A DNA stretch of 64,000 bases from an uncultured delta proteobacterium (GCA_963713045.1 CAVQKE010000003.1:1184001-1248000); one strand, 5' to 3'. Numbered from the stretch's first letter, positions 19,916-31,135 are shown. The notes: a model not told the origin generated them from the sequence alone. Numbers and translations are program-made.

Positions 19916-21312
19916 TGGCCGCCGACCTCGCCGCCGCGCCGGCGCTCGACGGAGCGCCTCTGCTGCTCGGTAACAATGACAACACCAGCCTCACCAAGAC
20001 GCTTTTGGGCTACGTCTGGGCGCGGCCACAGCCGGGCTGGCTGTTGTCCTTCTTGCTGGCGCTGTCCGGCACCGGGGCGCTGACGTTGGCCATCATCGTC
20101 ACCCTGGCCCGCGGCATCGGCAGCTGGGGCAACAACATCCCCATCGCCTGGGGCTTCGGCATCATCAACTTCGTCTGGTGGATTGGTATCGGCCATGCCG
20201 GGACGCTCATCTCCGCCATCCTCTTCCTCTTCCAGCAGCAGTGGCGAACCGCCATCAACCGCTTCGCCGAGGCGATGACCATCTTCGCGGTGCTGTGCGC
20301 CGGCCTCTTCCCGGCCCTGCACACCGGGCGCCCTTGGTTCGCCTACTTCATGTTCCCCTACCCCAGCGATTTGAATATGTGGCCGCAGTTCAAGAGCCCG
20401 CTGGTGTGGGACGTCTTCGCGGTTTCCACCTACCTCACCGTCTCGGTGTTGTTTTGGTTTGTGGGCCTCATCCCGGATTTGGCCGCACTCCGCGACTCGT
20501 CGACCAGCCTCATCCAGCGGAAGGTGTACGGGCTCTTCGCCCTCGGCTGGCGCGGGTCCGGCCGCCACTGGCACAACTACAAAGTCGCCTACTTGCTGCT
20601 GGCCGGCCTCTCCACCCCGCTGGTGGTGAGCGTGCACACCATCGTGTCATTCGACTTCGCGGTTTCGCTGCTGCCCGGCTGGCACACCACCATCTTCCCG
20701 CCCTACTTCGTCGCCGGCGCCATCTTCAGTGGCTTCGCGATGGTGATGACTTGGCTGGTGCCGGCCCGGCATTTCCTCGGGCTCAAAAATGTCGTCACCA
20801 TGAGACACCTGGAGGCGATGAACAAGCTCATCCTGGTCACCGGGATGGTCGTCTCCTACGGCTATCTGATGGAGCACTTCATCGCCTGGTACTCAGGAAA
20901 CACCGAGGAATGGTTCGTCTTCTTCAACCGCGCCACCGGGCCGTACCGCAACATCTACTGGCTGATGATTTTCTGTAACGTGGTGGTGCCCCACATCTTC
21001 TGGTTCAAATTCTTCCGCACCAGCATCCCGGTGATGTGGGTCGCATCCATCCTGGTCAACATCGGCATGTGGTGCGAGCGCTTCGTCATCATCGTCACCT
21101 CGCTGCACCGTGACTTCCTGCCGGCCAGTTGGGGAATGTTCTACCCAACCTGGGTGGACTTCACCCTGCTGGCCGGAACCATCGGCTTCTTCAGCACCTG
21201 CTTCCTTCTCTTCTTGAAGTATCTGCCGGCGGTGGCGGTGAGCGAGGTGAAGGAGCTGAATGAAGAGCTTCGGCACCGGGTGGCCCCAGTGCAGGTGGTG
21301 ACCGTCCCATGA
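19915..21312 (+). CDS. actC: Alternative complex III NrfD-family membrane subunit ActC
   Basis: NFVWWIGIGHAGTLISA, INRFAEAMT, SPLVWDVFA and PPYFVAGAIFSG motifs. Confidence 0.93.
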   Translation: MAADLAAAPALDGAPLLLGNNDNTSLTKTLLGYVWARPQPGWLLSFLLALSGTGALTLAIIVTLARGIGSWGNNIPIAWGFGIINFVWWIGIGHAGTLISAILFLFQQQWRTAINRFAEAMTIFAVLCAGLFPALHTGRPWFAYFMFPYPSDLNMWPQFKSPLVWDVFAVSTYLTVSVLFWFVGLIPDLAALRDSSTSLIQRKVYGLFALGWRGSGRHWHNYKVAYLLLAGLSTPLVVSVHTIVSFDFAVSLLPGWHTTIFPPYFVAGAIFSGFAMVMTWLVPARHFLGLKNVVTMRHLEAMNKLILVTGMVVSYGYLMEHFIAWYSGNTEEWFVFFNRATGPYRNIYWLMIFCNVVVPHIFWFKFFRTSIPVMWVASILVNIGMWCERFVIIVTSLHRDFLPASWGMFYPTWVDFTLLAGTIGFFSTCFLLFLKYLPAVAVSEVKELNEELRHRVAPVQVVTVP

Positions 21313-21863
21313 GTGCCGCCGATGCCCCACAGGGACGCACCTATGTGCTGGGCCTGTTTTCCACCGGCGAAGCCCTGGTGAAGGCCTGCCGGCAGGTCCG
21401 CGCCAAGGGCTTCACCGATGTCGACACCCACTCGCCCTACCCGCTGCCCGGAGGGGATGAGGCGCTGGGCCTGAAGCGCTCGGTGGTGCCCAAAGTGGCG
21501 CTGGCCGGAGCGCTGACGGGAATGTTCGGTGGGATGGGGATGATGGTGTGGATGAATGGGATGAATTGGCCCCTCAACGTCGGCGGCCGGCCGCCGACCA
21601 GCCCGCTGGCCTTCATCCCCATCACCTTCGAGACGACGGTGCTCCTCACCGCGCTCAGCATCTTCTTCGGGCTGCTCATCATGATGGGGCTGCCGCAGCC
21701 CTACCACGCGGTGTTTGAGCTGGAAGCCTTCCGCAGCGCCGTCACCGACGGCTTTTGGCTGAGTGTGGCCCAGGACCCGGGCAACGACGGCAAGGCCGCG
21801 GCGAAGGAGCTCGAGACCCTGGGCGCGACGCAGGTGAACGTGGTGAAGGAGTCCGTAGAATGA
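21309..21863 (+). CDS. actD: Alternative complex III subunit ActD (DUF3341)
   Basis: HSPYP, WPLNVGGRP and FIPITFE motifs; operon position. Confidence 0.9.
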   Translation: MSAADAPQGRTYVLGLFSTGEALVKACRQVRAKGFTDVDTHSPYPLPGGDEALGLKRSVVPKVALAGALTGMFGGMGMMVWMNGMNWPLNVGGRPPTSPLAFIPITFETTVLLTALSIFFGLLIMMGLPQPYHAVFELEAFRSAVTDGFWLSVAQDPGNDGKAAAKELETLGATQVNVVKESVE

Positions 21864-22465
21864 AGGCCTTTCTCCCCTTGGCGGCGGCCGCGCTGACGGC
21901 CAGCGCCTGCACCTGCGGCGACGTCAGCGCCGGCGCGGTGCTGCAGCGGATGGAGGTGCAGGAGAAGTACCTCCCCTATGCGGCCAACGACTTGTTCGCC
22001 GACGGCCGGTCGATGCGGACGCCGCCGGCAGGTACCGTGCCCCGCGAGCGCCTGGTCGGCCAACCGGCCATCACCAACGGCGAAGTCAACGGCGTGCCGG
22101 TGGCGGAGGTGCCGGTTCCCATCACTGCCGAGCTGCTGCGCCAGGGTCGGCACCGGTACGAAATTGTCTGCGCCAACTGCCACGGCTTCATCGGCAACGG
22201 CGACAGCATGGTGGCGGACAACATGGCCACCAGGCTTCCACCCTCGCTGGTGGCATTGACCAACAAGCCGGCCGGTCACTTCTACAAGGCCATCACCCAA
22301 GGCTATGGGTTGATGCCCAGCTTTGCCGGAGAGATTCCGTTGGCCGAGCGCTGGGCAGTGGTGGCCTACGTCAAGGCGCTGCAGCTGAGTCAGAATACGC
22401 CCGTCCAAACGCTGCCGATGGACGTCCAACGACGGCTGGGGGAGGGTCAGTCATGGACCCAGTAG
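21860..22465 (+). CDS. actE: Alternative complex III monoheme cytochrome c lipoprotein ActE
   Basis: ATG 21860; lipobox TASAC; FADGRSMRTPPAGTVPR; CANCH; MPSF. Confidence 0.88.
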   Translation: MKAFLPLAAAALTASACTCGDVSAGAVLQRMEVQEKYLPYAANDLFADGRSMRTPPAGTVPRERLVGQPAITNGEVNGVPVAEVPVPITAELLRQGRHRYEIVCANCHGFIGNGDSMVADNMATRLPPSLVALTNKPAGHFYKAITQGYGLMPSFAGEIPLAERWAVVAYVKALQLSQNTPVQTLPMDVQRRLGEGQSWTQ

Positions 22466-23688
22466 CCGGCCACCCGGAAGAACTGCAGAGCATCCGCCAG
22501 AGCCGCGTCCGTGGCACCGGGGCTGCCTTCCGGTGGAGCTTGGGCCTGGGCGTGCTCGGCCTTTTGGCCACCTTGGTCTTCTATTTCGCCGGAGGGCCCG
22601 CGGCGCATGGGACGGTGCTGGCCGGCTACTTGGTGGCGTTTTGCTACTGGGTGGGCATCGCGGTGACGGCCACCATCTGGAATGCCATTTTTCACGCCTC
22701 GGCAGCGAAATGGATGGTGGTGCTGCGACGCCTGTTGGAAAGCATCGGCGCGTCGTTGCCAGTCTTCATCCCGCTCTTCCTCCCCATCCTCTTTGGCCTG
22801 GCCATCGTCTTTCCCTGGGTGAGGCCGTCCTCGGCCATGAGCGCCGAGCAGCTGGAGCTGTTGAGCCACAAGGCCCCGGACCTCAACGTGCCGTCCTTTC
22901 TGGTCCGCGCCGTCATCTACTTCGCGGTGTGGTGGTTCGTCTCAGACCGACTGCGGCGCTGGTCGCTGAAGCAGGATGAGGTGGGCGGACCCGAGCCCAC
23001 CCGCCACATGCGCCGGCTGGGCGCCGGGTCGCTGCCCTTCCTCGCCCTGACCATCACCTTCGCCAGCTTCGACTGGCTGATGTCGGTGGACCCCTTTTGG
23101 ATTTCCACCATCTTCGGCGTCTATTACTTCGCCGGCAGCTTTCTGTCGGCGATGTGCCTGGTGGCCATCCTCATCGCCCTCAACCAGTCCGACACCACCG
23201 GGCTGGGAGGCGCGGTGACGCCGCACCACCTGTACAACGTGGGCAAGTTGATGCTCGCCTTCACCGCCTTTTGGACGTACGCCGCCTTCAGTCAGTTCAT
23301 GCTCATTTGGATTGCCAACATCCCCGAGGAGTCGGCCTGGTACGTGGTGCGGATGAAGGGCGGCTGGGCCAACGTTGGCATCTTCCTGATGGTCGCCAAT
23401 TTCTTCATCCCCTTCTTCACGCTGTTGTCGCGCGAGCTGAAATTCCGTCCGCGGGCACTGGCAGTGGTGGCCTGCTGGTTGATGGTGGTGCATTACGTCG
23501 ACATCTATTGGCTCATCATGCCGGCGCTCTTCCCAGCTGGCCCGGAGCCGCACCTGGCACACCTGGCGGCCTTGGTGGGTGTGGGCGGCCTCGCCGTGGC
23601 CACCGCTCTCTGGCGGGCCACCGGCCATTTCGCCATCCCGGTGAAGGACCCGAACCTGTCCTACTCGCTGAGGTACACCCAGGCATGA
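22453..23688 (+). CDS. actF: Alternative complex III membrane subunit ActF
   Basis: Multi-TM; FDWLMSVDPFWISTIFG and FSQFMLIWIANIPEE motifs. Confidence 0.9.
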   Translation: MDPVAGHPEELQSIRQSRVRGTGAAFRWSLGLGVLGLLATLVFYFAGGPAAHGTVLAGYLVAFCYWVGIAVTATIWNAIFHASAAKWMVVLRRLLESIGASLPVFIPLFLPILFGLAIVFPWVRPSSAMSAEQLELLSHKAPDLNVPSFLVRAVIYFAVWWFVSDRLRRWSLKQDEVGGPEPTRHMRRLGAGSLPFLALTITFASFDWLMSVDPFWISTIFGVYYFAGSFLSAMCLVAILIALNQSDTTGLGGAVTPHHLYNVGKLMLAFTAFWTYAAFSQFMLIWIANIPEESAWYVVRMKGGWANVGIFLMVANFFIPFFTLLSRELKFRPRALAVVACWLMVVHYVDIYWLIMPALFPAGPEPHLAHLAALVGVGGLAVATALWRATGHFAIPVKDPNLSYSLRYTQA

Positions 23689-24071
23689 GCGCGCCAGCAC
23701 ACACAACTCCCACCGTCCAGCAGCCCGGCGACCTCGAGGACAAGAACCTCCCCTACCGAAAAATCCTCGGGGTGGGCATTGCCTCCATCGTCATCTTCGC
23801 GCTGGGCATCTTCTGGTCGACCGCCCTGTTGCGCACTGCAACCCGGGAGGTGGAGCCGGTGGGACCGCCGCCGATTCCGCCCGGCGTGAACCAGTTCGAG
23901 GTGGGCATCGTCAACCAGCGCCCCTTCAGCCTCGACCAGCGCGCGGCGGAGAAGCGCCTGCAGCAGATGAGGCGCCTCGACACCTACGGCTGGCTCGACC
24001 GCCAGTCGGGCATCGTCCACATCCCCATCGACGTTGCGATGGACATGCTGGTGAAGGAGCAGAAGAAGTGA
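23685..24071 (+). CDS. Small single-TM ACIII-associated subunit (ActG-like)
   Basis: ATG 23685 overlapping the actF stop; TM helix and C-terminal YGWLDRQSGIVHIPIDVAM. Confidence 0.75.
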   Translation: MSAPAHTTPTVQQPGDLEDKNLPYRKILGVGIASIVIFALGIFWSTALLRTATREVEPVGPPPIPPGVNQFEVGIVNQRPFSLDQRAAEKRLQQMRRLDTYGWLDRQSGIVHIPIDVAMDMLVKEQKK

Positions 24072-24907
24072 CACGCCTGGCAGTCCTCACCCTCGTCCTG
24101 GCCACTCCGGCCTGGGCGCAATACCCAGGTGACCGGCAGGCCCATGGTGCGGCCCGCAGTCAGGCGCCGGCGGCGGTGAAGGGGGTCGACGTCCTCGAGC
24201 GGTTGGGCGACCCGGTGCCTGAGGCTGGGCACTTCGTCGACTCCGAAGGACGTCCCTTCCAGCTGGCCGACGTGCTTCATCACGGCAAGCCGGTGGTGTT
24301 GACGCTGGTCTACTACCGCTGCCCGGGCCTGTGCAGCCTGGTGCTTTCCGGGCTCACCCGCTCGCTGCGGAGCCTCGACCTCAAGTTGGGCGAGGACTAC
24401 CGGGCGGTGACCATCAGCATCGACCCGACCGAGACCAACGACGAGGCGGCGGAAGCCAAGCGGGGGCACCTGCAAGCCCTCGGCGTGGGGCCACTCAACC
24501 CGGCTTGGACGTTTGCCACCGGGAACGACGAAGGCATTCACGCCCTGGCTGGGGCCCTCGGCTTCCAGTACACCTACGACGAGGCGAGCCGGCAGTACGC
24601 CCACGCGGCAGCCATCTTCGTGCTGTCCCCGAATGGGAAAATCTCCCGCTACCTCTACGGCATCGACTTCCCGACCCGAGACTTGAAGATGGCGCTGGTC
24701 GAGGCGGGCCAGGGCAAGGTGGGCACGGCGCTCGACCGGGTGCTCCTCACCTGCTTCAAGTACGATGCCACTTCCCGCCGCTTCGAGCCGTACGTGCTGG
24801 GGTTCGTCCGAATCGGCGCGCTGTTGTGTTTCGCGGCGCTGGCGATGCTTCTCACCGTCCTCTGGACTCGGGAAATGAAGATGAAGAAGCGAGGCGCTAA
24901 GGCATGA
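24068..24907 (+). CDS. SCO/SenC family copper chaperone
   Basis: YYRCPGLC (CxxxC), SIDP and YAH motifs; precedes coxB. Confidence 0.9.
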   Translation: MTRLAVLTLVLATPAWAQYPGDRQAHGAARSQAPAAVKGVDVLERLGDPVPEAGHFVDSEGRPFQLADVLHHGKPVVLTLVYYRCPGLCSLVLSGLTRSLRSLDLKLGEDYRAVTISIDPTETNDEAAEAKRGHLQALGVGPLNPAWTFATGNDEGIHALAGALGFQYTYDEASRQYAHAAAIFVLSPNGKISRYLYGIDFPTRDLKMALVEAGQGKVGTALDRVLLTCFKYDATSRRFEPYVLGFVRIGALLCFAALAMLLTVLWTREMKMKKRGAKA

Positions 24908-25983
24908 ACGGTGACCTCCTCAACAACGACTGGCTGAGGCACTTGCTCTTTCTGCCTGAGCAGGCGTCCACCTTCGCGGTCAGAGTCGACCGGCTGCACG
25001 ACTTCGTCATCATCACCACCATGGCGATGAGCTCCGTGGTGGGGGCCCTCACCATTTACTTCTTCTTCCGCTACCGTCGGCGCAGCGAGACACAAACCAC
25101 CCCCGTCATCCATCCGACCGTCGGCTTTGAAGTGGCGGTGGTCAGCATCCCGCTCGCGGTCTTCCTGGTGTGGTTCGTCATCGGTTTCGGCGACTACGCC
25201 AAGCTGGCCAACCCGCCCCCCGACGCGATGGACGTCTACGTGATGGGCAAGCAGTGGATGTGGAAGTTCGCCTACCCAGACGGGCCGAACTCGGTGGGCG
25301 TGCTGCACGTCCCGGCCAACCGGCCGGTGCGCCTCCTGTTGACGTCGCGCGACGTCATCCACTCCTTCTTCATCCCGGCCTTCCGCCTGAAGCAGGACGT
25401 GCTGCCCAACCGCTACACCGAGACTTGGTTTGAGGCCACCAAGCCCGGCCGCTACCAGGTGCTGTGTGCCGAATACTGCGGTACCCAACACAGCAAGATG
25501 TGGGCGACGGTGGTGGTGCTTGAGCCGGCGGCCTTCGACGAATGGCTCAAGGAGCAGCAACGCGGGTTGGTGGCGCGCGCCGACCTCCTGGCTGACCCCG
25601 ACATGGTCAGCATCCAAGGCAACCTGGTGGAGCAGGGGAAGCGGGTGGCAATGGAGCAAGGGTGTCTGCGCTGCCACAGCATCAACAGCGCGGTCAATGA
25701 CACCGAGCGCCACATCGGCCCCACTTGGGTGGACCTCTACCAGCGACCGACCAAGCTCACCACCGGGGACACCATCGTCGCCGACGAGGCCTACCTCACC
25801 GAGTCGATGATGGAGCCGAACGTCAAAATCGTCGCCGGCTACCAGGCCATCATGCCCAGCTACCAGGGCAAATTGAGCGGCCCCGAGGCCGCGGCGGTGG
25901 TGGAATACATCAAGAGCTTGCGCACCGACACCACCGAGCTCCAGCCTGTGAAGGGACCCCTCTATGAGCAGCTCCGCCAGTAG
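24904..25983 (+). CDS. coxB: Cytochrome c oxidase subunit II with fused cytochrome c (caa3 type)
   Basis: DVIHSF, CuA motif [12 protein letters not shown], and C-terminal CLRCH...MPSY. Confidence 0.95.
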   Translation: MNGDLLNNDWLRHLLFLPEQASTFAVRVDRLHDFVIITTMAMSSVVGALTIYFFFRYRRRSETQTTPVIHPTVGFEVAVVSIPLAVFLVWFVIGFGDYAKLANPPPDAMDVYVMGKQWMWKFAYPDGPNSVGVLHVPANRPVRLLLTSRDVIHSFFIPAFRLKQDVLPNRYTETWFEATKPGRYQVLCAEYCGTQHSKMWATVVVLEPAAFDEWLKEQQRGLVARADLLADPDMVSIQGNLVEQGKRVAMEQGCLRCHSINSAVNDTERHIGPTWVDLYQRPTKLTTGDTIVADEAYLTESMMEPNVKIVAGYQAIMPSYQGKLSGPEAAAVVEYIKSLRTDTTELQPVKGPLYEQLRQ

Positions 25984-27625
25984 CGCCGCGGCCAGCGGGC
26001 CCGCGTTTCCCGAGCACCATTACCTGAACAACGGGACCACCGCGCGCTCCTGGCTGCTCACCCTGGACCACAAGCGCATCGCCCTTCTGTACCTGTCGGT
26101 GGTGATGGTGTCGTTTCTGTTGGGAGGCATTTTCGCGATGGTCATTCGCCTGGAGTTGCTGACGCCAGGCCCGACCATCATCGAAGCGCTCACCTACAAC
26201 CGGATGTTCACCCTTCACGGGGTGGTGATGATTTTTCTCTTCATGATTCCGGCCATTCCGGCCGTGTTCGGCAACTTCTTCTTGCCCATCATGATTGGAG
26301 CCAAGGACGTCGCCTTCCCCCGATGGAATTTGGTGTCCTTCTACCTCTACCTGACGGGCGCCATCCTGGCGGTTTGGGGGATGCTCAACGGGGGCACCGA
26401 CACCGGCTGGACCTTTTACACGCCCTACTCCACCACCACCGCCCAGGGCGTGGTTCCGGTGCTGGCTGGCGTCTTCATCATCGGCTTCAGCTCCATCCTG
26501 ACTGGCTTGAATTTCATCGTCAGCATTCACACCCTCCGGGCGCCGGGCATCACCTGGTTCAAGCTGCCGCTCTTCATCTGGGCGGTGTACGGCACGGCCA
26601 TCATCCAGGTGCTGGCCACTCCGGTGATTGGGTTGGTGGCGCTGTTGGTGGCGGCGGAGAGCGCCTTTGGCTTCGGCTTCTTCGACCCAGCCCGCGGCGG
26701 TGACCCGGTGCTGTTCCAGCACCTCTTCTGGTTTTACAGCCACCCAGCCGTCTACATCATGGTGCTCCCGGCGATGGGCGTCATTTCGGAGACCATCGCC
26801 GCCTACAGCCGAAAAAACATCTTCGGCTATTCGATGATTGCCGCCAGCTCGCTCGGCATTGCCTTCGTTGGCTTCTTCGCCTGGGGCCACCACCTCTTCA
26901 CCTCGGGCCAAAGCGCCTTCGACGCCGGCGCCTTCTCCGTCATCTCGATGCTGGTCGGCGTCTTCACCGCCATCAAAGTCTTCAACTGGGTGGGGACGCT
27001 GTACAAGGGCGCCATCGCCTTCACCGCACCCTTCGCTTACATCTGCGGCTTTCTCTTCTTCCTGGTGTTTGGCGGGATGACCGGCATCGCGCTGGCCACG
27101 GTGTCACTCGACATCCACTGGCAGGACACCTACTTCGTCGTCGCCCACTTCCATTTCATCATGGTCGGCGCGGTCATCATGGGCTTCCTCGCCGGGCTGC
27201 ACTACTGGTTCCCCAAAATGTTCGGCCGCACCTACCCCGAGGGTTGGGCGATGGTGGCCGCGGCCCTCATCGTCCTCGGCTTCAACGCCACCTTCATCCC
27301 GCAGTTTCTATTGGGGAACGCGGGCATGCCGCGCCGCTACTACGAATATCCGGAGCGCTTCCAGGCGCTCAACGTGGCCTCCACCGCTGGCGCGTCCCTG
27401 TTGGCCTTCGGCTTCATCATCATCGCCATCTACCTGGCCTGGTCCTTACGCTACGGCCCCATCGCCGGCCCCAATCCCTGGGGAAGCCGCGGCTATGAAT
27501 GGATGACGCCCTCCCCTCCGCCCACCGAAAATTTCGACGTGACGCCCACCTTCGCCCATCCGCCGCATGACTACACCGACGAAGCGGTCAATGACCCAGA
27601 CTTCGCCCACGCGAGGACGACGTAA
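25964..27625 (+). CDS. coxA: Cytochrome c oxidase subunit I (A2 type)
   Basis: [21 protein letters not shown] (YS, A2), WGHH, VVAHFH and GMPRRY motifs. Confidence 0.96.
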   Translation: MSSSASSAAASGPAFPEHHYLNNGTTARSWLLTLDHKRIALLYLSVVMVSFLLGGIFAMVIRLELLTPGPTIIEALTYNRMFTLHGVVMIFLFMIPAIPAVFGNFFLPIMIGAKDVAFPRWNLVSFYLYLTGAILAVWGMLNGGTDTGWTFYTPYSTTTAQGVVPVLAGVFIIGFSSILTGLNFIVSIHTLRAPGITWFKLPLFIWAVYGTAIIQVLATPVIGLVALLVAAESAFGFGFFDPARGGDPVLFQHLFWFYSHPAVYIMVLPAMGVISETIAAYSRKNIFGYSMIAASSLGIAFVGFFAWGHHLFTSGQSAFDAGAFSVISMLVGVFTAIKVFNWVGTLYKGAIAFTAPFAYICGFLFFLVFGGMTGIALATVSLDIHWQDTYFVVAHFHFIMVGAVIMGFLAGLHYWFPKMFGRTYPEGWAMVAAALIVLGFNATFIPQFLLGNAGMPRRYYEYPERFQALNVASTAGASLLAFGFIIIAIYLAWSLRYGPIAGPNPWGSRGYEWMTPSPPPTENFDVTPTFAHPPHDYTDEAVNDPDFAHARTT

Positions 27626-28300
27626 ATGGAAGCCACCGTCGCGCCGGTGATGACCGCAGAGGGCTACCTCGCCCCGCCGCCCACGCCGCACCACTACGAG
27701 GGAAACCCGGCCGCTCACCAGCACGCGGTGCGGTTCGGCATGTGGCTCTTTCTGGCCACCGAAATTCTGCTCTTCGCCGGACTCTTCGTCGGCTACGCCA
27801 CCTTCCGCACCGACTTCCCGGAGGCATTTGACCAGGCCGCCCGCCACCTGAGCGTCGCCCTCGGCACCACCAACACCCTTCTGCTGTTGACCAGCTCGCT
27901 GACGGTGGCCTTGGCCCACCACAACGCCGAGCAGGGGAAAAACCGCAACGCCTTCTGGCTTCTCTTGTGCTCCATCGCCATGGGGGGCGGCTTTCTCTGC
28001 ATCAAGGCCATTGAATACACCGACAAATTCCGTGAAGGCGCGCTGCCCGGACGCTTCTTCAGCTACGCCGAGATTACCGCTCCCGGGGGGCCGATGTTTT
28101 ACGTCGTCTACTTCTTCACCACCGGACTGCACGCCTTGCACGTCGTCGTCGGCATGAGCTTGCTCACCTGGGTGGCGGTCCGCTGCTGGCGCAAGGAGTT
28201 TTCCCCGACCTACTACGCGCCGGTGGAAAACGCCGGCTTGTACTGGCACCTCGTCGACTTGGTTTGGATTTTCCTCTACCCGCTGCTGTACCTGGTTTGA
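27626..28300 (+). CDS. coxC: Cytochrome c oxidase subunit III
   Basis: GMWLFLATE, TGLHALHV and GLYWHLVDLVWIFLYPLLY motifs. Confidence 0.94.
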   Translation: MEATVAPVMTAEGYLAPPPTPHHYEGNPAAHQHAVRFGMWLFLATEILLFAGLFVGYATFRTDFPEAFDQAARHLSVALGTTNTLLLLTSSLTVALAHHNAEQGKNRNAFWLLLCSIAMGGGFLCIKAIEYTDKFREGALPGRFFSYAEITAPGGPMFYVVYFFTTGLHALHVVVGMSLLTWVAVRCWRKEFSPTYYAPVENAGLYWHLVDLVWIFLYPLLYLV

Positions 28301-28302
28301 CC

Positions 28303-28716
28303 ATGTCCACCCCGCAAGCGCACGGCGCCGCACCGGCCCAAGGCCACGCTGCCCACCCCTCGGCCGCCCGCTACTTCGTGGTGTGGATTGGCCTTTTAGC
28401 CCTCACCATGACGACGTTCGGCGTCTCGCGGATTCCGATGAGCGGCCAGTGGCATCTGGCTGCCGCCATCTTCATCGCCTGCGTCAAAGTCTTCTTGGTG
28501 GCTGCCGTCTTCATGCACCTGTGGGCCTCCGAGGGCACCAACAAGCTGGTCTTCGGCGTCTCCTTCGTCTTCGTGGCGACCCTTCTCTTCTTCGTGCTGG
28601 CCGACGTCGCCACCCGCTTTACCCTCAGCAACTCGCGCATCCGCCCACTTCCCCAAATTGACCAGAGCATTCTCCAGCACCAGAGGCCCACCGCCCCGGA
28701 ACCCCCGGCGAAGTAG
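28303..28716 (+). CDS. coxD: Cytochrome c oxidase subunit IV
   Basis: ATG 28303; three TM helices with IACVKVFLVAAVFMHL. Confidence 0.85.
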   Translation: MSTPQAHGAAPAQGHAAHPSAARYFVVWIGLLALTMTTFGVSRIPMSGQWHLAAAIFIACVKVFLVAAVFMHLWASEGTNKLVFGVSFVFVATLLFFVLADVATRFTLSNSRIRPLPQIDQSILQHQRPTAPEPPAK

Positions 28717-28794
28717 TTTTTCACCCCCCCAAGGCCCCTTCGGTGGTTGACCCCGGGCGCCCAACCGACTGACCCTTTCCCCCCCTTTGTGAAT

Positions 28795-30123
28795 ATGCGA
28801 CTGCACGCCTCCCTCCTCCTGGTGGGCCTCACCGTGGCCTGCGCCTCGGCGCCCCAGCCCGCCCCACAGAGTGCGGGGCCGGTCTTCATTGAGAACGACT
28901 ACCCGGCGGCGATGGCGGAAGCACGGGCCAGCGGGAAGCTCCTCTTCATCGACTTCTGGGCGCCCTGGTGCCACAGCTGCGTCAGCATGCGGGCCTACGT
29001 CTTCACCGACCCGGCCTTGGCCAAGCTCCAAGACCGCTTCGTCTGGCTGGGGATAGACACCGAAAACCCAGTCAACAGCGCGACGCTCCAGCGCTTCCCG
29101 GTGGATGTCTGGCCGACACTGTTGGTGGTGGATGCGGCGACGGGAGCCCCGCTGCGGCGCTGGCTGGGAAGCGCCACCACCAATGAATTGCTCGCGCGGC
29201 TGCAGTCGGTGGACCAAGCGCAGCAGGGCGGCGCGGACGTGGCTCAACGCTCGCTGGCGGAAGGAGCGGCGCTGGTGGCCGCTGGAAAGCGGGCCGAAGC
29301 GGCGGTGGCCTACCGGACGGCGGCAGCGACCTCGGCTGCTGGCACCGCCGAGCACGCCCAAGCGGCCGAGTTGCTGGTCCTTCAGCTGCACCTCACCCAC
29401 CAATCGGCGGAGTGCGCCCGCACCGCGCGGGCCGAGCTGCCCTCCCTTCCACCAGGGACGTCGCTGGCGGCCGTGGCCAGCACCGGGCTCGAGTGTGCTC
29501 TCAACCTTCCGGCTTCGGACCCCGAGCGCTTGGCGGTTGCGCCGGTGCTGGAGGCGAAGGTGGTGGAGCTGATGCGCAACACCAGCGTCCCGATGCTGGC
29601 TGACGACCGGAGTGGTCTTTTCCAAACGCTGGTGGAGGCTCGGCGCGAGCGCGGCGATGCGGCCGGCGCGCTGGCCGCGGCAGCGGAGTGGGCGACGTAC
29701 CTTGAGGGCGAGGCCGCCCGAGCCAAAACGCCCGAGGCGCGCGCCGTCTTCGACTCGCACCGACTGTCTGCCTACCTGGCGCTGGGCCAACCCGAGCGCG
29801 CTGTCCCAATGCTGGAGGCGTCCCGGAAGGACTTCCCCCGGGACTACAACCCGTCGGCCCGGCTGGCGGTGGCCTACCTCGCCATGCACCAGCCGGCCCA
29901 AGCCGTCGCTGCGGCTGAACAGGCTGAGGCGCTGGTCTACGGGCCGCGCACGCTGCGCGTGCTCTTAACCAAGGCCGAGGCGCAAGCGGCCCTGGGCGAC
30001 AAGGCCGCCGCCCAGGCCACACTGGGGCGGGCCGACGAGTTGGTGGCCAGCCTGCCGGAAGCGCAGCGGGGGCCGTGGATGGCCTCGGCCATTGAGTCTA
30101 AGCGCAAAGCCCTGCTGCAGTAG
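28795..30123 (+). CDS. Thioredoxin-domain lipoprotein with C-terminal TPR-like helical region
   Basis: ATG 28795; lipobox TVAC; DFWAPWCHSC and cis-Pro WPT; Ala-rich helical repeats. Confidence 0.85.
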   Translation: MRLHASLLLVGLTVACASAPQPAPQSAGPVFIENDYPAAMAEARASGKLLFIDFWAPWCHSCVSMRAYVFTDPALAKLQDRFVWLGIDTENPVNSATLQRFPVDVWPTLLVVDAATGAPLRRWLGSATTNELLARLQSVDQAQQGGADVAQRSLAEGAALVAAGKRAEAAVAYRTAAATSAAGTAEHAQAAELLVLQLHLTHQSAECARTARAELPSLPPGTSLAAVASTGLECALNLPASDPERLAVAPVLEAKVVELMRNTSVPMLADDRSGLFQTLVEARRERGDAAGALAAAAEWATYLEGEAARAKTPEARAVFDSHRLSAYLALGQPERAVPMLEASRKDFPRDYNPSARLAVAYLAMHQPAQAVAAAEQAEALVYGPRTLRVLLTKAEAQAALGDKAAAQATLGRADELVASLPEAQRGPWMASAIESKRKALLQ

Positions 30124-30169
30124 GCCCCTTGCACCTTCCAGGGAGGAAGGGCCCTTCTGTGAGGCCCCG

Positions 30170-31135
30170 ATGTCGTCAGCCGACAAGGACGTCCAGCTGG
30201 TCCTCGCCACGCAGGCGGAGCGAGAGACGCGCGACCTGCTGACGGCGGAAGCATGGGGCGCTGGCCTTTCCAGGGAAGCCTACCTGCGCCGGGAGCGGCG
30301 GCTTCGCGCGCTGGCCGTCCCCCGGCTGGACATGCGGTGTTGGCTTCTGGTGGATGCACGACGCCGCGTCCTCTCCTCGTGCGAGACATTCGGCTTCCCC
30401 AGCGTGCTGCGGGCGGATGGGGCGGAGAGTTGGGGCCGCAGCTTCGGCGTGGCCTCAGTGTTTACCGAGCCTGCACTGCGGGGCCGAGGCCACGCCACCC
30501 GGGCCTTGGACTTGCTGTGCGAGGTGCTGGCCGAGGAAGCAGGGGGGCACGCGGTGGTGCTGTACTCCGACGTGGGCGCCTCTCAGTACGCCCGCAGTGG
30601 CTTTGAAGCCCGGGCGGCCTACGACTGGTGCTGGCCGGCTGCGGAAGCCGGGGCCAGCAGCCACGCGGCCTATTTCTCGGAGGAGGCGCTGGGCTGGCGC
30701 TGGGCCGCCCAGCCCATCCCGGGCGGTCGCTTCGTCCTGCATCCCACGGCGGACACCCTGGAGTGGTTTCTCGAGCGCGAGCGCGTCTACTGCGAGGAGT
30801 TGGGGCGGCCGAGACCCAAGGCCTGCGGCGCCGCGTTGGGCAACTCGCTGGCGCTCTGGTACGCGCAGCCCAAGGACGAGCGCTTGTGGTTGCACTGGCT
30901 GGATGCGAAGGACGCTGACAGCTGCCGTGCCCTGGTGCAGGCCGCCCGCATCGTGGCGCGCGAGGCCAACCTCTCCGAAGTCCGCCTGTGGGAGGACATG
31001 GACGGGGTGCCTTCCGAAGGCTTGGAAGGAGGGCGCCGTGAGAAGCGCTCCGGCGGACTCCCCATGCTGCGTCCCCTCGACGGGCGTGTCCGCGCACCGG
31101 ACTGGCGCCGCATTGCCCGCGTGTTGTGGGTCTGA
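30170..31135 (+). CDS. GNAT family N-acetyltransferase
   Basis: ATG 30170; VASVFTEPALRGRGHA (acetyl-CoA motif A) and LYSDVG..YARSGF. Confidence 0.85.
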   Translation: MSSADKDVQLVLATQAERETRDLLTAEAWGAGLSREAYLRRERRLRALAVPRLDMRCWLLVDARRRVLSSCETFGFPSVLRADGAESWGRSFGVASVFTEPALRGRGHATRALDLLCEVLAEEAGGHAVVLYSDVGASQYARSGFEARAAYDWCWPAAEAGASSHAAYFSEEALGWRWAAQPIPGGRFVLHPTADTLEWFLERERVYCEELGRPRPKACGAALGNSLALWYAQPKDERLWLHWLDAKDADSCRALVQAARIVAREANLSEVRLWEDMDGVPSEGLEGGRREKRSGGLPMLRPLDGRVRAPDWRRIARVLWV

